A DNA stretch of 64,000 nucleotides from Entomortierella parvispora E1425 (lineage: Eukaryota > Fungi > Mortierellomycota): assembly GCA_020891255.1 (NCBI GenBank), contig BQFW01000011.1, positions 1,922,001 to 1,986,000 on the forward strand, in the 5' to 3' direction. Both the position numbers and the translations under genes were made by a program. This document shows positions 14,507-26,495 of the stretch, piece by piece (the first letter of the stretch is position 1; each line of letters starts with the position of its first letter). The notes below the pieces were generated by a model. That model was not told the DNA's origin. It searched no databases and was given only the letters and a program-made list of their open reading frames with translations.

Positions 14507-16701
14507 CTAAATCAAGGACAGGGTAATATCTCCAGAGCCGTTCTTGGCCATGATCAAGCCAGAGCCATGACCAATGGTTCCAATCATCTCACGGGTGATG
14601 ACCGAATTCTTCCCATCGTCCTTCTTGCGCTGCTTTTCCTTTTCAACCTTGGACTCTTGGTAAACAGATCGACTGTCAGTCAAGGAGCCTGCGATTGATC
14701 CCGCACGCGATGTGGTTCCTGATCCAGGGGCAGAGTTCAAGGTCAAGCCATGATGCGTAGACGAAGGGGGAGGGTGGTTGAGGTAGCTCTGGTGGTGGCG
14801 AGGATCATCTCTGTCCCAGGACATGGCGGTGCCCTGGGACGATGAAGTCCTTGATGACATGGCTGTGCCCTGGTGAGGCTGCGGCTGCTGCAACGATGGC
14901 TCCTTCAAATGACCCGATCCCAACGATGAGCTCGATGAGCTCTTCAACGAAGACGACGCGTTGGAGCCCGAGGACGAAGTCTTTCCGAAATTGCGATCGC
15001 TCATCGAAGGCAAACTCAACACAGCACCATCGATTCTCTCAAACTCTGGCTCGTCGATCGTGATCTTTCCGTAGTGTGTCCTTGTCTCAATCCTTCCTTG
15101 GTAGTTGCCAGACAACTTGATTCGGGTTGGTCCGCCAAAGTTGATAAAGTTGCCCAAGAGCTTCTGCTCTGTGCTCGCCAAAAGAATCTTGACATCGAGG
15201 GGCTGACATTGGGTCTTAGCCTCGACCGTGAAGGATGAAAAGAGATCAGTGCCGTCCACAGAGACTTTGACGGGATGATGAAGGGTGGCACAGATGACCT
15301 TGGGAGGGGGTACATCCTCATCCGTGTTCAAGAGATGAACATCGGCCAGGACTTTGCCCGACTTTGCGTGAGCATACAAACGTGCTACAGAATACTTGCC
15401 CATAATCCCTCCTGCAACACTGCTCTTGATGACCGCAGACTCTCCGTAAAAGCTCTATAGGTAAACATTGGTGGAGGAACAAAAGTGAGTTTTGCGGTCC
15501 TTGGCACCCCTGACAATGCGTTTCTTTCTGACTTTGTGTGTGGTTACCTCGATGGTGGTATCGCCACGGGCGGTTGAGATGTTGAAGTGCTTGATGAAGG
15601 TATGGTTGATGTTTCCAATCGACAAGCTCAGGTTAGTGCCGGTGATCGAGAACGACTCCAGGCTGTCGAGATGACGGGGGATGGTCACAAAGACCTGGAA
15701 GGTGACGGCCCTCTCCAGTTTTTCCTCCAGGGGAGTATGAATGGTATAAGTATAACGGTTGCCATCCTGGACGGGTTCCAAGGCAGCAGCGTTCTTGATA
15801 ATGGACTCCTTGGCCTGGACACTGGTCTTGATATGGATCATGTCTTCATTGCCGCTCAAGATCGTGATCTCGCCCTGTTCGTGGCATGAGGAAATCAAAG
15901 TCAGTATTCGTTTCGATGAAGCCTAATTATTTCAGTCTGCTGTTTTTGGTCTTTTCTCCGCCAACACCCTTTTTCCACTCTGAGGCGACTTTTTTCACAA
16001 CGTGATGAAGGATCCCTTTCTTCTCTCGTGGAGCTCTCGCTCGCTCGCTCCCTCTCTCGCATTTGGATTGGAGATCGATGAAGGGAGTCAAAATGGGGAC
16101 AAGTCGAGAGATGAGTGGTCTGATGGGAATAAAATTTCAACGGGCTCAATGACCCGCAAAACGACAGAAAAGAATCAAGTTTCCCTCAATTCAACCTTGG
16201 GGGATCGAGTTGCCGTTTGGAGAAGGAAGGAAAGAGAGCGTGGAAGGCTCTCAGGTAATATTGCGCTGTTATTGTCGTTTGGTTTGGTTGCGCTGCTGCT
16301 GATGGCAGACGTTCAAGTGGTAACAGTGGATGGTGGGATGTTTTTCGTTGGAGCCTTTTTTTTTCCTTCTGTGGACGTTAGGGCAGTTTTTTTTTCTTTT
16401 GTCTTTCGTAAGAAGAGAGCTCTTCTTCAGAGCCAACGTTTGCGCTCAACGTTCACCTCCATCCCTGCGTTGCACAAAGCCCGAGAAATGATGGGGAAAA
16501 GGAAGTGACCAAGGCAGACTGTGGTATCACAAAAGCCTCTTTGGTTGCTGTCTGTGTCCGAGTGTGTCCCTGGAATGGTTGCTTTCTTACCCTGGCAAGA
16601 CCAACGACATCGATGATAATGTTTGAGCAGAGCTCGGCACTGATCTGAACGTCTTCGTTGTCGTAGTGGGCGGGCAAGAGGGGTTTGTTGAAGAGTCCCA
16701 T
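14507..16701 (-). CDS. Beta-strand-repeat protein resembling DUF4097/putative adhesin family, 3 exons, Ser-rich insertion
   Basis: Exons 16701-16591, 15874-~15548 and ~15454-14507 join in frame. Beta-rich segments FSITGTNLSLSI, IETRTHYGKITI and C-terminal AKNGSGDITL. The family call is by resemblance only. Confidence 0.65.
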
Positions 16702-18529
16702 TGTGTGAGTGTTGTATGTGTGTAGAAAGTGAGGCGGCCGCGCAGTAGTGTGTTTCGTCAAAGGGCGTTGCTTGTGAGTGAGTGGCGGGGTTGATGGGTT
16801 GATGCAAAAATGTGTGCTGCGGCGGGGAGCGATCGAGGGATGCTATTAGATGATATGACTGTGGGTATAAGGGGAGTGAGGATGGGAGGAGAGGAAGGAA
16901 GGGGATCAGTCCACGACGACCAAAGAGGAACGGATAGAGAAAAGTGGAAAGAAGGAGAGAAGGAGAGGAGGAGAGGAAGAGAGAAGGAAGAAAGAGAAGA
17001 AAGCCATGAAGAAGTAGAAGACAATAATAAGATTGGCGCACAGAGGCAAGTCGGCGGACGGGGCAAGCCCACTGCTGAAAGTCTTTTTTGGGCAAGAAAG
17101 GCACGGCAGACCGGTGCGTTCGGTTCCTCATTCATCAATCGACCCTTGGGCTGACCTCCAAATGCGCGGCCACTCCACACGAATCATGGCTCTTTTTTGG
17201 CTGTGTTTGTTGTTTACGGCTCGACTCGACTGTTGGTGCCGTCCTCTCTGCGGTCACCCTGCTCGCCTTGACTCTAAAACACTGGCAGGGAGAGGTGCGT
17301 GCAGTGTCTCGAACACGTTTCTGTCCAGCCATCTGCCTCATCCCCCACTCTCTGGCGCAAGAGAAAGAGAGAGAGCAAGGACAGGTTCAGCCTGCACCCA
17401 CGACAGACCGTGGGACAGTTGAGCTGAGCCAGCAGCTGGAATACAAAAAAAAAAAAAAAAAGGCAAAAAACGTGGGGGGAAGACGAGGAAGAGGAAGGAT
17501 ATTCTAAGCGAAAACGGCCTCGACAGAACAGTCGACAGCCGCTCCTCTCTTTTTCTTTTTTCCCTTGAAGCCGTTCTTCCTGAGAGGAGATCGAAGAGGC
17601 GAGCTGGCTCTCAATTTTATTTTATTTTTTTATCTGCTAATTTCTCTGGGGTCCAACCATCGCCTGTCGGGGAAAAGACTTGCCGCTGCATCCGTCGCGC
17701 ACGGTGGTCCATTCGCGTTGTGCAACCATGCATTGTATTGCTCGTGCTTGCGCCTGCCTTTATTTCATTTGCGAAGGATGGTCTCTTCTCTTTGCTATTT
17801 CCTCTTGGGACCGATGGGAGACGTGGTGTATGACACACACGATCTGATGTCTGTCCTTTCCTTCGATCGACGTGCTGCTCTGGTCAGAGGCTGCTTGGGT
17901 GACGCCGAAAGGAACATAAACCGGACTGACAAAAAAGACAATGAAAAACACAAGGCTCTCTTGATGATGACATGCTCCGAGCGAGCTCTGTTGTCCGATA
18001 CTCGATTATCTCCTCTAGAACGAGGTAGTGGCGCCTCTTGTCCCGCCTTCCTCTTGTTCCCCAGTCATATTACCAGCAAAAGATGGCCTTCACAGACCAA
18101 CCATTGCCAACCTGGTCAACAAGAATGATATGTTGTACCGCATCAACACCCCTCCGTCAATGACGAGATCTGCGGCTGAATAACTCACAAGGAGGAAAAA
18201 AAAAGTGAAGTCTACATTTATCCTTGCACTGCCGACGCCTTGCAAGATTCAGTCGGAGACAAACTTTTCCTTATTACGGTTTGCTGCCCTTTTTTCCCAT
18301 GAAGTCCATTGTCAGAGATGGTCAAGCAACAAATAAGCAGGATATCATATTGTGTATTCCTATATAGAATTCATTATGAACAGCAGTCGCTAAGGAGCAG
18401 TGACAATGGCGACAAAAGGAACCGCAAAAAAAGCTGGTGAAAGAAAAGGCGTTATGAGGGAATATGGGAGGGAGAAATACAAGGTATAATTAGAGTACAA
18501 CTGCGAGTCCTTTTTTTTTTTTTTTTTGC

Positions 18530-21500
18530 TCAAAAGGCGAAGCGACTTGGACTCGCCACATGAGTGCCTGAGCGCACTGGTGTTCGAATCGTGCCAGCCG
18601 GCGATCCGGGCGGCGTCTTGAGAACCGTAGGGAGCGACCGTCTATCAATCTTAAAAGACTTTGGCTCCTGTTTGGTTGACTCTGATGATGCCACTGGATT
18701 GGATCCTGAAGCAGCAGCAATATTAAAGTAAGAAGTTGTGGTTCCTGGGCTTGGCTGTTCGGAGGCTGGTGAATTGGATGTAGAGGCCGTGGTAGAGGCC
18801 GACGTTGACGTAGCAGAGAGTGACGACAATGACGATGCCGAAGTTTTTGATTTGAGAGTATGTGCCGAGGTGGAGGACGTGACTGACGTTGAGGATACCT
18901 CGCGCTGGTGTTTCAGCGCCTGCAGATGTTGCTGAGCATCGTTCCCCTGACTGTTGGGAGGCAGGGTCAGCGATCGCCGGTTCCCATCCTGAGATCGATT
19001 TGATGACGTTGGCATCCTAAAGGCGCCAGTTGGTCGGGGGGCTGGAGCTGGAATGGGGGAGATGGGTCGCCCCATAATCTGGATAGTCTGACTGCGAGTG
19101 GGCGCAGCAATCACTGGTGTGAACTTTGCAAACACAGTCTCATTGACATGGCGGTGATTGATCTCTCCCTGAAGAGTATCCAAATAGCGGACGCCTTCAT
19201 ACATGAAATCCTCGCCTCGTTCTAATTTGACAACAATTGGGCAATGACTGACGTTAACAACACTTGCGGTGAGTTCGATGGCTTGGGCTGTCAAAAGCAA
19301 ACTAGGCGCTTACCTTGCTCAAACTTCTCGATGGCATCCATCAAGGTCGTTTCCAACTTTAGGAGAGTGGGATAGGCACGCCGCCTAAATTTGTCTTCCT
19401 CGTTCAGCTGGAACGAAGATTGAAACAGGCGCTTTGGATCCTTGGCTGTCTGCTCAAACGCAATCATTTTCTAAGTAGACAACGACGTCCAGCAATTAGA
19501 AACGACTTCGAGCATCAAATCATTCCTAGCCAACCGCAGAAGACTTCATACCTCTATGTGATTGCTCCTAGTCATCATAAGCTTGTACACCTGACTCGAC
19601 TTGGAGAATCGCGAGCGGCAATTATCACTTTCGGACTGAATCCTTGCCATCTTTTCGGTGAAGGGAATGTCTTTGAAAACAAGGACACTGGTTAATATTG
19701 CAATTCAGCCTCCAAACTTTGGCAAAAGTCTTCTTCCAAACCTAGTACCTGGATGATTAATTGACTCTTTGAACGCCACTCGATCCTGCTCACTGACCAT
19801 GCAAGAGTCCCAAATCGCCTGCAACGCTGGCCAATGCTCCCCCGATAGATATTGCTTTCTGGCAAGCAGCTCGAGCTGCAGAGACTTCAGCTCTCTTCCC
19901 AACTTCAAGGAAAAGGAACGGAACAGTGAGTCAGTTAGGATTTCATGGTTATCATTCCAGATAGTCAGCAAATTGGAGCATTGCACTAGAGGGCAAAGAA
20001 TTACCTCCGCTGCATATTTGACAGTTGCCTCATTCCTCATGAGTACTCGCTTCTCCAGTGGCGTCCCAAGATCCTGATAGATAAGTCCAAGAACGTGCTC
20101 CATTGCTCTAATTCTCGCCTGTCGGGTATAGTAGTTTTGATTCAAACTGGCTAGTTTCTCCGTCAGGCTTGCGAGACAATCGTTCGATAGACAAAGGGGT
20201 GCCTCGATCCTTAGATTTGTGAACTCTAAGGTGGATCCTCGTTGTTCCGCCAGGTCGAAAAGTTTGCTGAGCGCCAGATCATAGTCGTCAACGGGTATAT
20301 AAGCGCACTGCTCCCATCGGATAAGAAGCATTCCCACCATGGACTGGAATTTCTTTAAACGCTCCACCTGAGAAATACAAAGAAGGGCGAGACGTTAGTA
20401 AGGCCATGTGCTATTGAATGCACCGGGATAATTGCCAAAGCTTTACCCATTCTTTTTCTAGCGAACGATATGTTCTCTCAAGCTATTTCAGGGTAAAGGC
20501 GCAAATTCTCTGGGAATTAGACAATGAGCGACGATGACCATAGAATCAGTTTTTGAACGGTTCATCCTCTACCTCCATAATCCTTGCCCTCGACATTGGC
20601 GGCATTGTTGTCTAGCAACGGAACAAGAAAGAGGGGATTAGATCCAAATATATCCATTGAGTCAGCCTTGGCCTTGTAGCCTCGATCTATTTGTAAACAC
20701 ACATGCACCTGTAAAAAACGCGCTGGATATTCGCGAATGTTTTCCGCAATGATTTCGATCCTAGAGATCCATCGTTCGACTCTCTCTGTTCTTCTTATTA
20801 TATCCTAAGGTCCGATATCGGTTCTACTTAGAAAACGCACGTCTTCTCGCTCCGCATTGCATCTATTCATATCAATCGCAACCGTACCTTGTGCAAGTCA
20901 TCGCACGCTCGGCAAAGAGCTAATCGGGTTGTGAGAGATACTTGTGCGCTGTTCGGCAGAATCATTAAATGGGAGACGTTGGCAGGGTCCAGACCGAGCT
21001 GGAGGCAATGGTCCTCGATCATGAACTAGTTGGAGAACTGCGTTAGCTTATTGCAATTACTGCGTCAGGGGCTACTGTGGGATCCGACAACATCCGCACT
21101 TACCATCAGGTCCTCAATCTCAGCAGCCAGTAGCCGTTGATCCTTACGAGTCTCCAGGACCAGACGATCTAGACCGACCACGACTTGCTAAGAGAGCAAA
21201 CGGGGGACGACAATAATGAAGAAAGTGTCAGCAAACCCGTTTTTTAGACTTTCGTGTGTGTTACAGAGTCCGTTTCTGGGGGCAAGAAGCTGGGGCCATG
21301 AAAGACGGGCGCGTACCCAGATTGTGTCGCGGTCATTGTCGAGACCCTTCTGGGGTTCAGGCGATAGCATGGCAGATCTGGAGGCCGAATGCACTAGAGT
21401 TCCGGTAGCAGAGGATGCGGCAGTGGTGCCTGAGGTCATTGTCGGCTCTGCGTTTTCCATGGTCAGACCCTGCAGCTCCAGTGGGTCAGGCAAGATGCGC

Positions 21501-21559
21501 TTTTTCGGGCCGTTACTGTTGTGAGGGGTCTTGAGAGGCGAAGCGGTGAGAGGGTGCAT
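18530..21559 (-). CDS. ASE1: Microtubule-bundling protein, Ase1/PRC1/MAP65 family, many exons
   Basis: In-frame GT-AG exon chain traced from 21559. Coiled-coil N-terminal half; signature DPKRLFQSSFQLNEEDKFRRRAYPTLLKLE..IEKFEQ..FMYEGVRYL; Ser/Thr/Pro-rich basic tail. Confidence 0.8.
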
Positions 21560-21940
21560 TGCGCTCCTCGAGGCAAGAGGGAGGATCAACTGCGGGCAGT
21601 GGCTGTGATGGATGGCAAAGAGAGGGGTGGGTATAAAGTGAGGGCGATGATGGGAGGCACGGTAGATTGGCCTGAGGCGATGGAGGAGGGCACATGGGAT
21701 GCATGCGAATGGCCGTTGCCACCGCGAGTCTCTTTTGCGCCTTTGACTGAGAGAGGCGAGAAAGAGACAGCGCTCAGCAGAGAGCGATAGGCTCCAACGG
21801 TGTTGGCACACTGCGACCGACTGCACACTGCACACTGCACACTGCACTCCCTCCCAGCCCATGGAGAAGATAGGAGGAAACACAGACGAGACGAGCTGCC
21901 CCGTTTTTTGGGTCACGTGCACCTGTTCATTTTCATCGCG

Positions 21941-22035
21941 TGTTCATTTATGGAATGTCTGTTCATTTATGGAATTTCTGTTCATTTATGGAATGTCTGT
22001 TCATTTATGAAAGGCCCGTTCATTTATGAAAAAAA
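21941..22035. repeat. 19-bp minisatellite, 5 units (consensus TGTTCATTTATGGAATGTC)
   Basis: Units start at 21941, 21960, 21979, 21998 and 22017. The core GTTCATTTATG is invariant. Confidence 0.9.
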
Positions 22036-24436
22036 GTTCGAAAAAAAACCCCGCACTGGGGGGAAATGGCAAAATCGGTTCTGCCGTCGTCCCCTGCAAA
22101 TGAATGAATACTATTACTTTCTTTCACTCACTCAATGGATACAGCCTTCAGTGGTTGTGCTATAAGCTTAAAGAACCTCATCTTTGCTTTGGGCAGAGTC
22201 TCACTCTCCACGATGTGCCATCGCTTACCGAGGAAACAGCAGGGAATTGTGATGGGTCACGTTTTTTTTTTTCGTTTGCTTCTTTTTTTCTTTCTTTCTT
22301 CTTTAGATCTGTTTGTCTGCGTGTGGGTTGTCACGCAGCGTCTTCAGGGCATGCAGTGTCGTTGTCCACCCCGAAAACAAACAAACAGATCACCACAAAC
22401 ACAGAGCGCTGCAAGGTCCCTGCAATTGTTGCTCATTCAAGACAACGGGTATCCTTCACCACTGAAATTTTGAGGGGTTTTCATTTCTTCCATGCCCCAC
22501 TCCTTGTTTCCAATTGCCACCGGTCAAAGGCGGAAGGGGCGCAACAGCACATCGGTGAGGATTAGGCGGTGGAGGGATTAGTAACATCTGCCGCCTACGT
22601 ACACACCCTGGCGGTACAACTACCAAGGAGCCAGGGGCACAACACTCTTCGTCATCCTACAGGAACCTTCGTCATCCTGGATTTCTCTACCCTTCGTAAA
22701 TCTAAAACTCTGTGGAATAATATAAAGTGCCGATTGGGGTTCATTATTAGAATTGAAGTTTGGGTATCAGATCCTTCGGCGCCCCGGCTTTCATGTTTCT
22801 CGCCCCAGCCGAACGGCTAGCTGAGGCGATGCGCTCATTGGACGTCACCTCCACGTTTTTGCGGTCCAATCCTGATACGTATTGTGTGGGCAGGTCCACA
22901 AATTCCCTCTCTCCGACCGTCCCGGAACCCTGGTTCCCAGAGGACAGACAAGAAAACCAATGGGCAGGCAAGGGACAATGGGTCCACCCAGGCACCAGGG
23001 ACGTAGCACAAAGCCGGCGTGGCCATTTTTTTTTGAAGCAACAGGCAGGTCGAGGTCGCAAAAGAGGATAGAAAGACGGGCAAGCAAAGAGAAACGGCAA
23101 CACAATCTGTAATGCAAGGTTCGTCAAAGGGGAACACAAGGTTACAAACCGTGTCTGTGGGACAGCTGGACCAGAGCCTGGCCAAGAATGGATATGGGAT
23201 AATCAAGAAGCCGAAGGACAAAAGTGCTGGGTGTTTTGCCAGACTCTTCTCTCTCCAAACCTTGTCCCTGATGAACTCTCAAGTCTGTTGCCCTTTCATT
23301 GTCCATTCTCTCCATTCTCGCCCCTCGCCCCTCGCCCCCAACGTTACCTCAATATTCACACGATTTATCTGTCCTTCACAACTTTTTTTTTTTTTTGTTT
23401 TTTAATTGCACAGGAATCCTCGTTTCCTTTTTGCAGTGTTGTTTGATTCTCCCCACTGAGTCCTCATTTCAAGGTCTCTCCTTTCCTTCCCCTCCAACGA
23501 TGAAAAGGTGTCATCAGACAGATCGATGCGGGGCATGGTCTTTTCACTCTTCCACTCATCATTGCAGTGCCGCGTATGCACTCGGAAAACTCCGTCCATT
23601 GACCGGTTGCGTGATCTGCAGGGCAAAGTTAGAGCTCAAAATAAGAAACGAGGCATTTTTGGAGATTTTTGAAAGACAACGCAATAATAATGTGTTTCTG
23701 GTCATTCCTGCCGTCAGTAAGAGCAGAAAATAGATGGAGGTGGGACAGAATCGAGGAGCTTGAAGGAGGGGGTCCATCTGCGGATGCCAGATCGACAGAG
23801 AAAGAGATTCACCCTGGTTAAGGTACCGCCGAAATGTGGTTCTCTGTCCCTTTCCTCCTCTCCCTCTCCTGGCTATGTACAACCACCCCAAACCCTTCCG
23901 CAAAACAGTCCATGATCAACTCTGGCAGTCTGGCTCCAAAACCCCTCCCTTTGATCCGATCCCTGCCATGCCCTCCTCGACATCTTTGGAGCATGTTTGC
24001 ATTGTTGTCGAAAAAGATGTGTGTGTGTTTTTCTTCTTTTTTTTTTTTTTTTCGCCGCGCGGGTTCCCCCTTCCTAAAAGAAAATCGCGCACCTGCGCTT
24101 ACATCGTATTTGACGACATGATATGTGAGCATGCTGAAAAAAAAAATCCCAGGGCCTGCTCACCCTCGGTGAAAAAATAGAAGTAAAGATAAAGTCGACT
24201 GAGATGGATACGATGGATGAGCGATAGGTACACCTGCAAGGTCATGCAGTCATTGAGATAGATCGGGGAGCAAAGGGTCGCAGGTGACCTTCTTACCCTT
24301 GTTTTTTTCTGCCGAACAGTTATCAGTTCCCAGGAAATTCAAAGGTTGGATCGTGCCCTAGTGATCGCCGCGCTCGGTGCATGAATAGCGAGCATCTTGC
24401 AATCATGGATCACAAATCATTGAATTAGTCATTGAG

Positions 24437-24475
24437 CAACCATCGTCATTGAGCGCGGCTCAATGACGATGGTTG
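24437..24475. repeat. Perfect 18-bp inverted repeat with 3-nt loop
   Basis: CAACCATCGTCATTGAGC-gcg-GCTCAATGACGATGGTTG. Confidence 0.95.
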
Positions 24476-26271
24476 TGAGGAGGATGGACTAGCTGCGTAG
24501 CATGCTTTTTGCAATCACCGCAAACCCCGTGACAGTGTGGGGTGCCATGATGACAGAGGGCCTGATCTAGCCCGGTCCCCTGAATCCCTGCGCCATAGAA
24601 AGTGAACCAGCTGTGTAATAAAGCCATACTACAGACTCTAGACTACATGGGAATGAGAAAATGGCGAAAAGGCCAGGAGGGTCCTTCATGTCTTTTATTT
24701 GTTCTTTTGCAGCAGAGATTTGGGGGACACGGATTTTTTTTTTTTGTTTTGGTACCAAACCAGTTTCTGACTGATTTGACACTTGCCACGTTCACCTTCT
24801 GAAATCCTCCAGCTGGTTGGACAGAGCAGATCGAGACTTGTACACAACAGAAGCTACATGTGCCTGTTGCCAGAAAGGCAAAAGCAGTAATTGGAACAAA
24901 CAAGAGTGTGCGAGATGAAGAAGAATGAAGACGATTGCCTGGGAATTGGGCCTGATCCAAAGGAATTAGATTACAGAGACAAATGGCATCAGATACTTGA
25001 ACTCTTGAGGCTGGTACAGTAGCCCTCCCATTGACAAAAAAAAACACCGAAAGAGAAAAAGAGGGTTTGAGTGTACTTTGCAGCATCCATTCAGGCACCA
25101 AACGATATCAGCAGGAGCGAATCAAGTGCCAGATCAGGAACGACAACAACGTGGAAAAACTGTGAGCGAATTTTTTATTTTTGTTTGCGTGAAAATGAAT
25201 CGATGAATGAGTACCTTGAACGACCCGTTGGCGAACTTCAAACAGGTGCACAGTCAAGGAGCCACCCAGGGGGATAAATCGGCAAGAGGCGACGTTGGGA
25301 ACGCACTGCGCGCTTAAAAAGAAGGAAAGGATTTACCCTGATACGAACATTTCAACTGCGAACACCGTTGCTCACCAGCCAATAGAAAAACTCAGTAGGG
25401 TCCTTTCTTGGAGATGCGCTCATCAAATGTCCATCTGTACGTCTTTTCTATTTTGGAACAGCAGCTGGTTGGTTCTGTTTAGTTTACTCGATTCAATTGA
25501 ATCTTGTCCCTATCTTTTCCTCCGCTCTTCGCTCTTCGCTTGATTGCTCCGAGCGCTATTGTTGTGTTTGTGTTCAACTTTGTCATTGTTGTTGCTATAG
25601 TCATTGTTGCCTGTTGTATTTTTTTTTTTTTGTTGTTGTTGTTGTTGCTAACGTTGCTGCTGTTCGCTGGGATGGGCTGGGCGACTGTGCGTGCATGAGT
25701 GCTTTATTTTCTGTAAACGACAATGACGAGTCGAGGAAGATCGGTGACATCGATTCTCCCGTCAATGGTGACCACACTTTTGAACAAAAGAAAAGAGGCA
25801 AATCAGGCACATCTCAGCGAAAAGAACTTCCGCAAAGATCAGCACCGGGCGATTTGATAGTAATTGGTCCAAGGGGAGTAGGAAAAAAAATGAAGAAAAA
25901 GGTGAGACCTCCCTCGACCAGCCAAAGGGCAAGAACCGAGTGACGAAGAAGAGATGTCTTTGATGCAATGGGCCTCTTCATTCGATCGAGCAAGAATGAG
26001 ACCTTTTCGCCTTTTGCTCCACCACTCAGCTTGCGGCGAACATGGCAGGAGTGGAGAAACATATGCCCGTCTCGTTTCTTTCTTGATTTTTTCACTATTG
26101 GCAAACTCTATGTCCACGCTGTGCATCACAAAGTGCATCCCCCTGCTCCTCCCCCTCATTTTTCCGAGCTCCAGGTCAACCCTGGCTTATTGTAAGAGCT
26201 TTCAATTGAACTCTCTGCGGCTCTATTCTATTTTTTTTATCTCCCTTGCACCACATACTAAATTCTCTCAC

Positions 26272-26278
26272 TATAAAA
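26272..26278 (+). promoter_or_regulatory. Candidate TATA box of the H+-ATPase gene
   Basis: TATAAAA about 220 bp upstream of the ATG, followed by a CT-rich tract. Confidence 0.55.
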
Positions 26279-26495
26279 CCCGCACCATCCCCGCTTGCAA
26301 CCAATTTTTTTTCTCAAATCTCTCCTTATCATCTTTCTCCTCTTCTCTCTCTCCGTCTTCCATTCTTGATCGTCATCTCCTCCGACCTTCATTCCTTTCC
26401 CTCCCCCTTCGCCCCTCCTTGGTTGCCTATCTTGACGCACTGAGCACCTCAAGTGTCCCCACACTTTCTCATCACCTCCCAAAAACCTCACTACG

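Noticed and set aside
19420-21190. Apparent in-frame stops in ASE1 suggesting a pseudogene or selenocysteine
   Set aside because: The stops I traced fall inside canonical GT-AG introns and the exons join in frame.
21941-22035. Repeat array considered as CRISPR-like
   Set aside because: Units are contiguous with no unique spacers, there are no cas genes, and the context is eukaryotic.
22449-22458. GTATCCTTCA resembling a U12-type 5' splice site
   Set aside because: Not within a supportable gene, and no U12 branch point was seen downstream.
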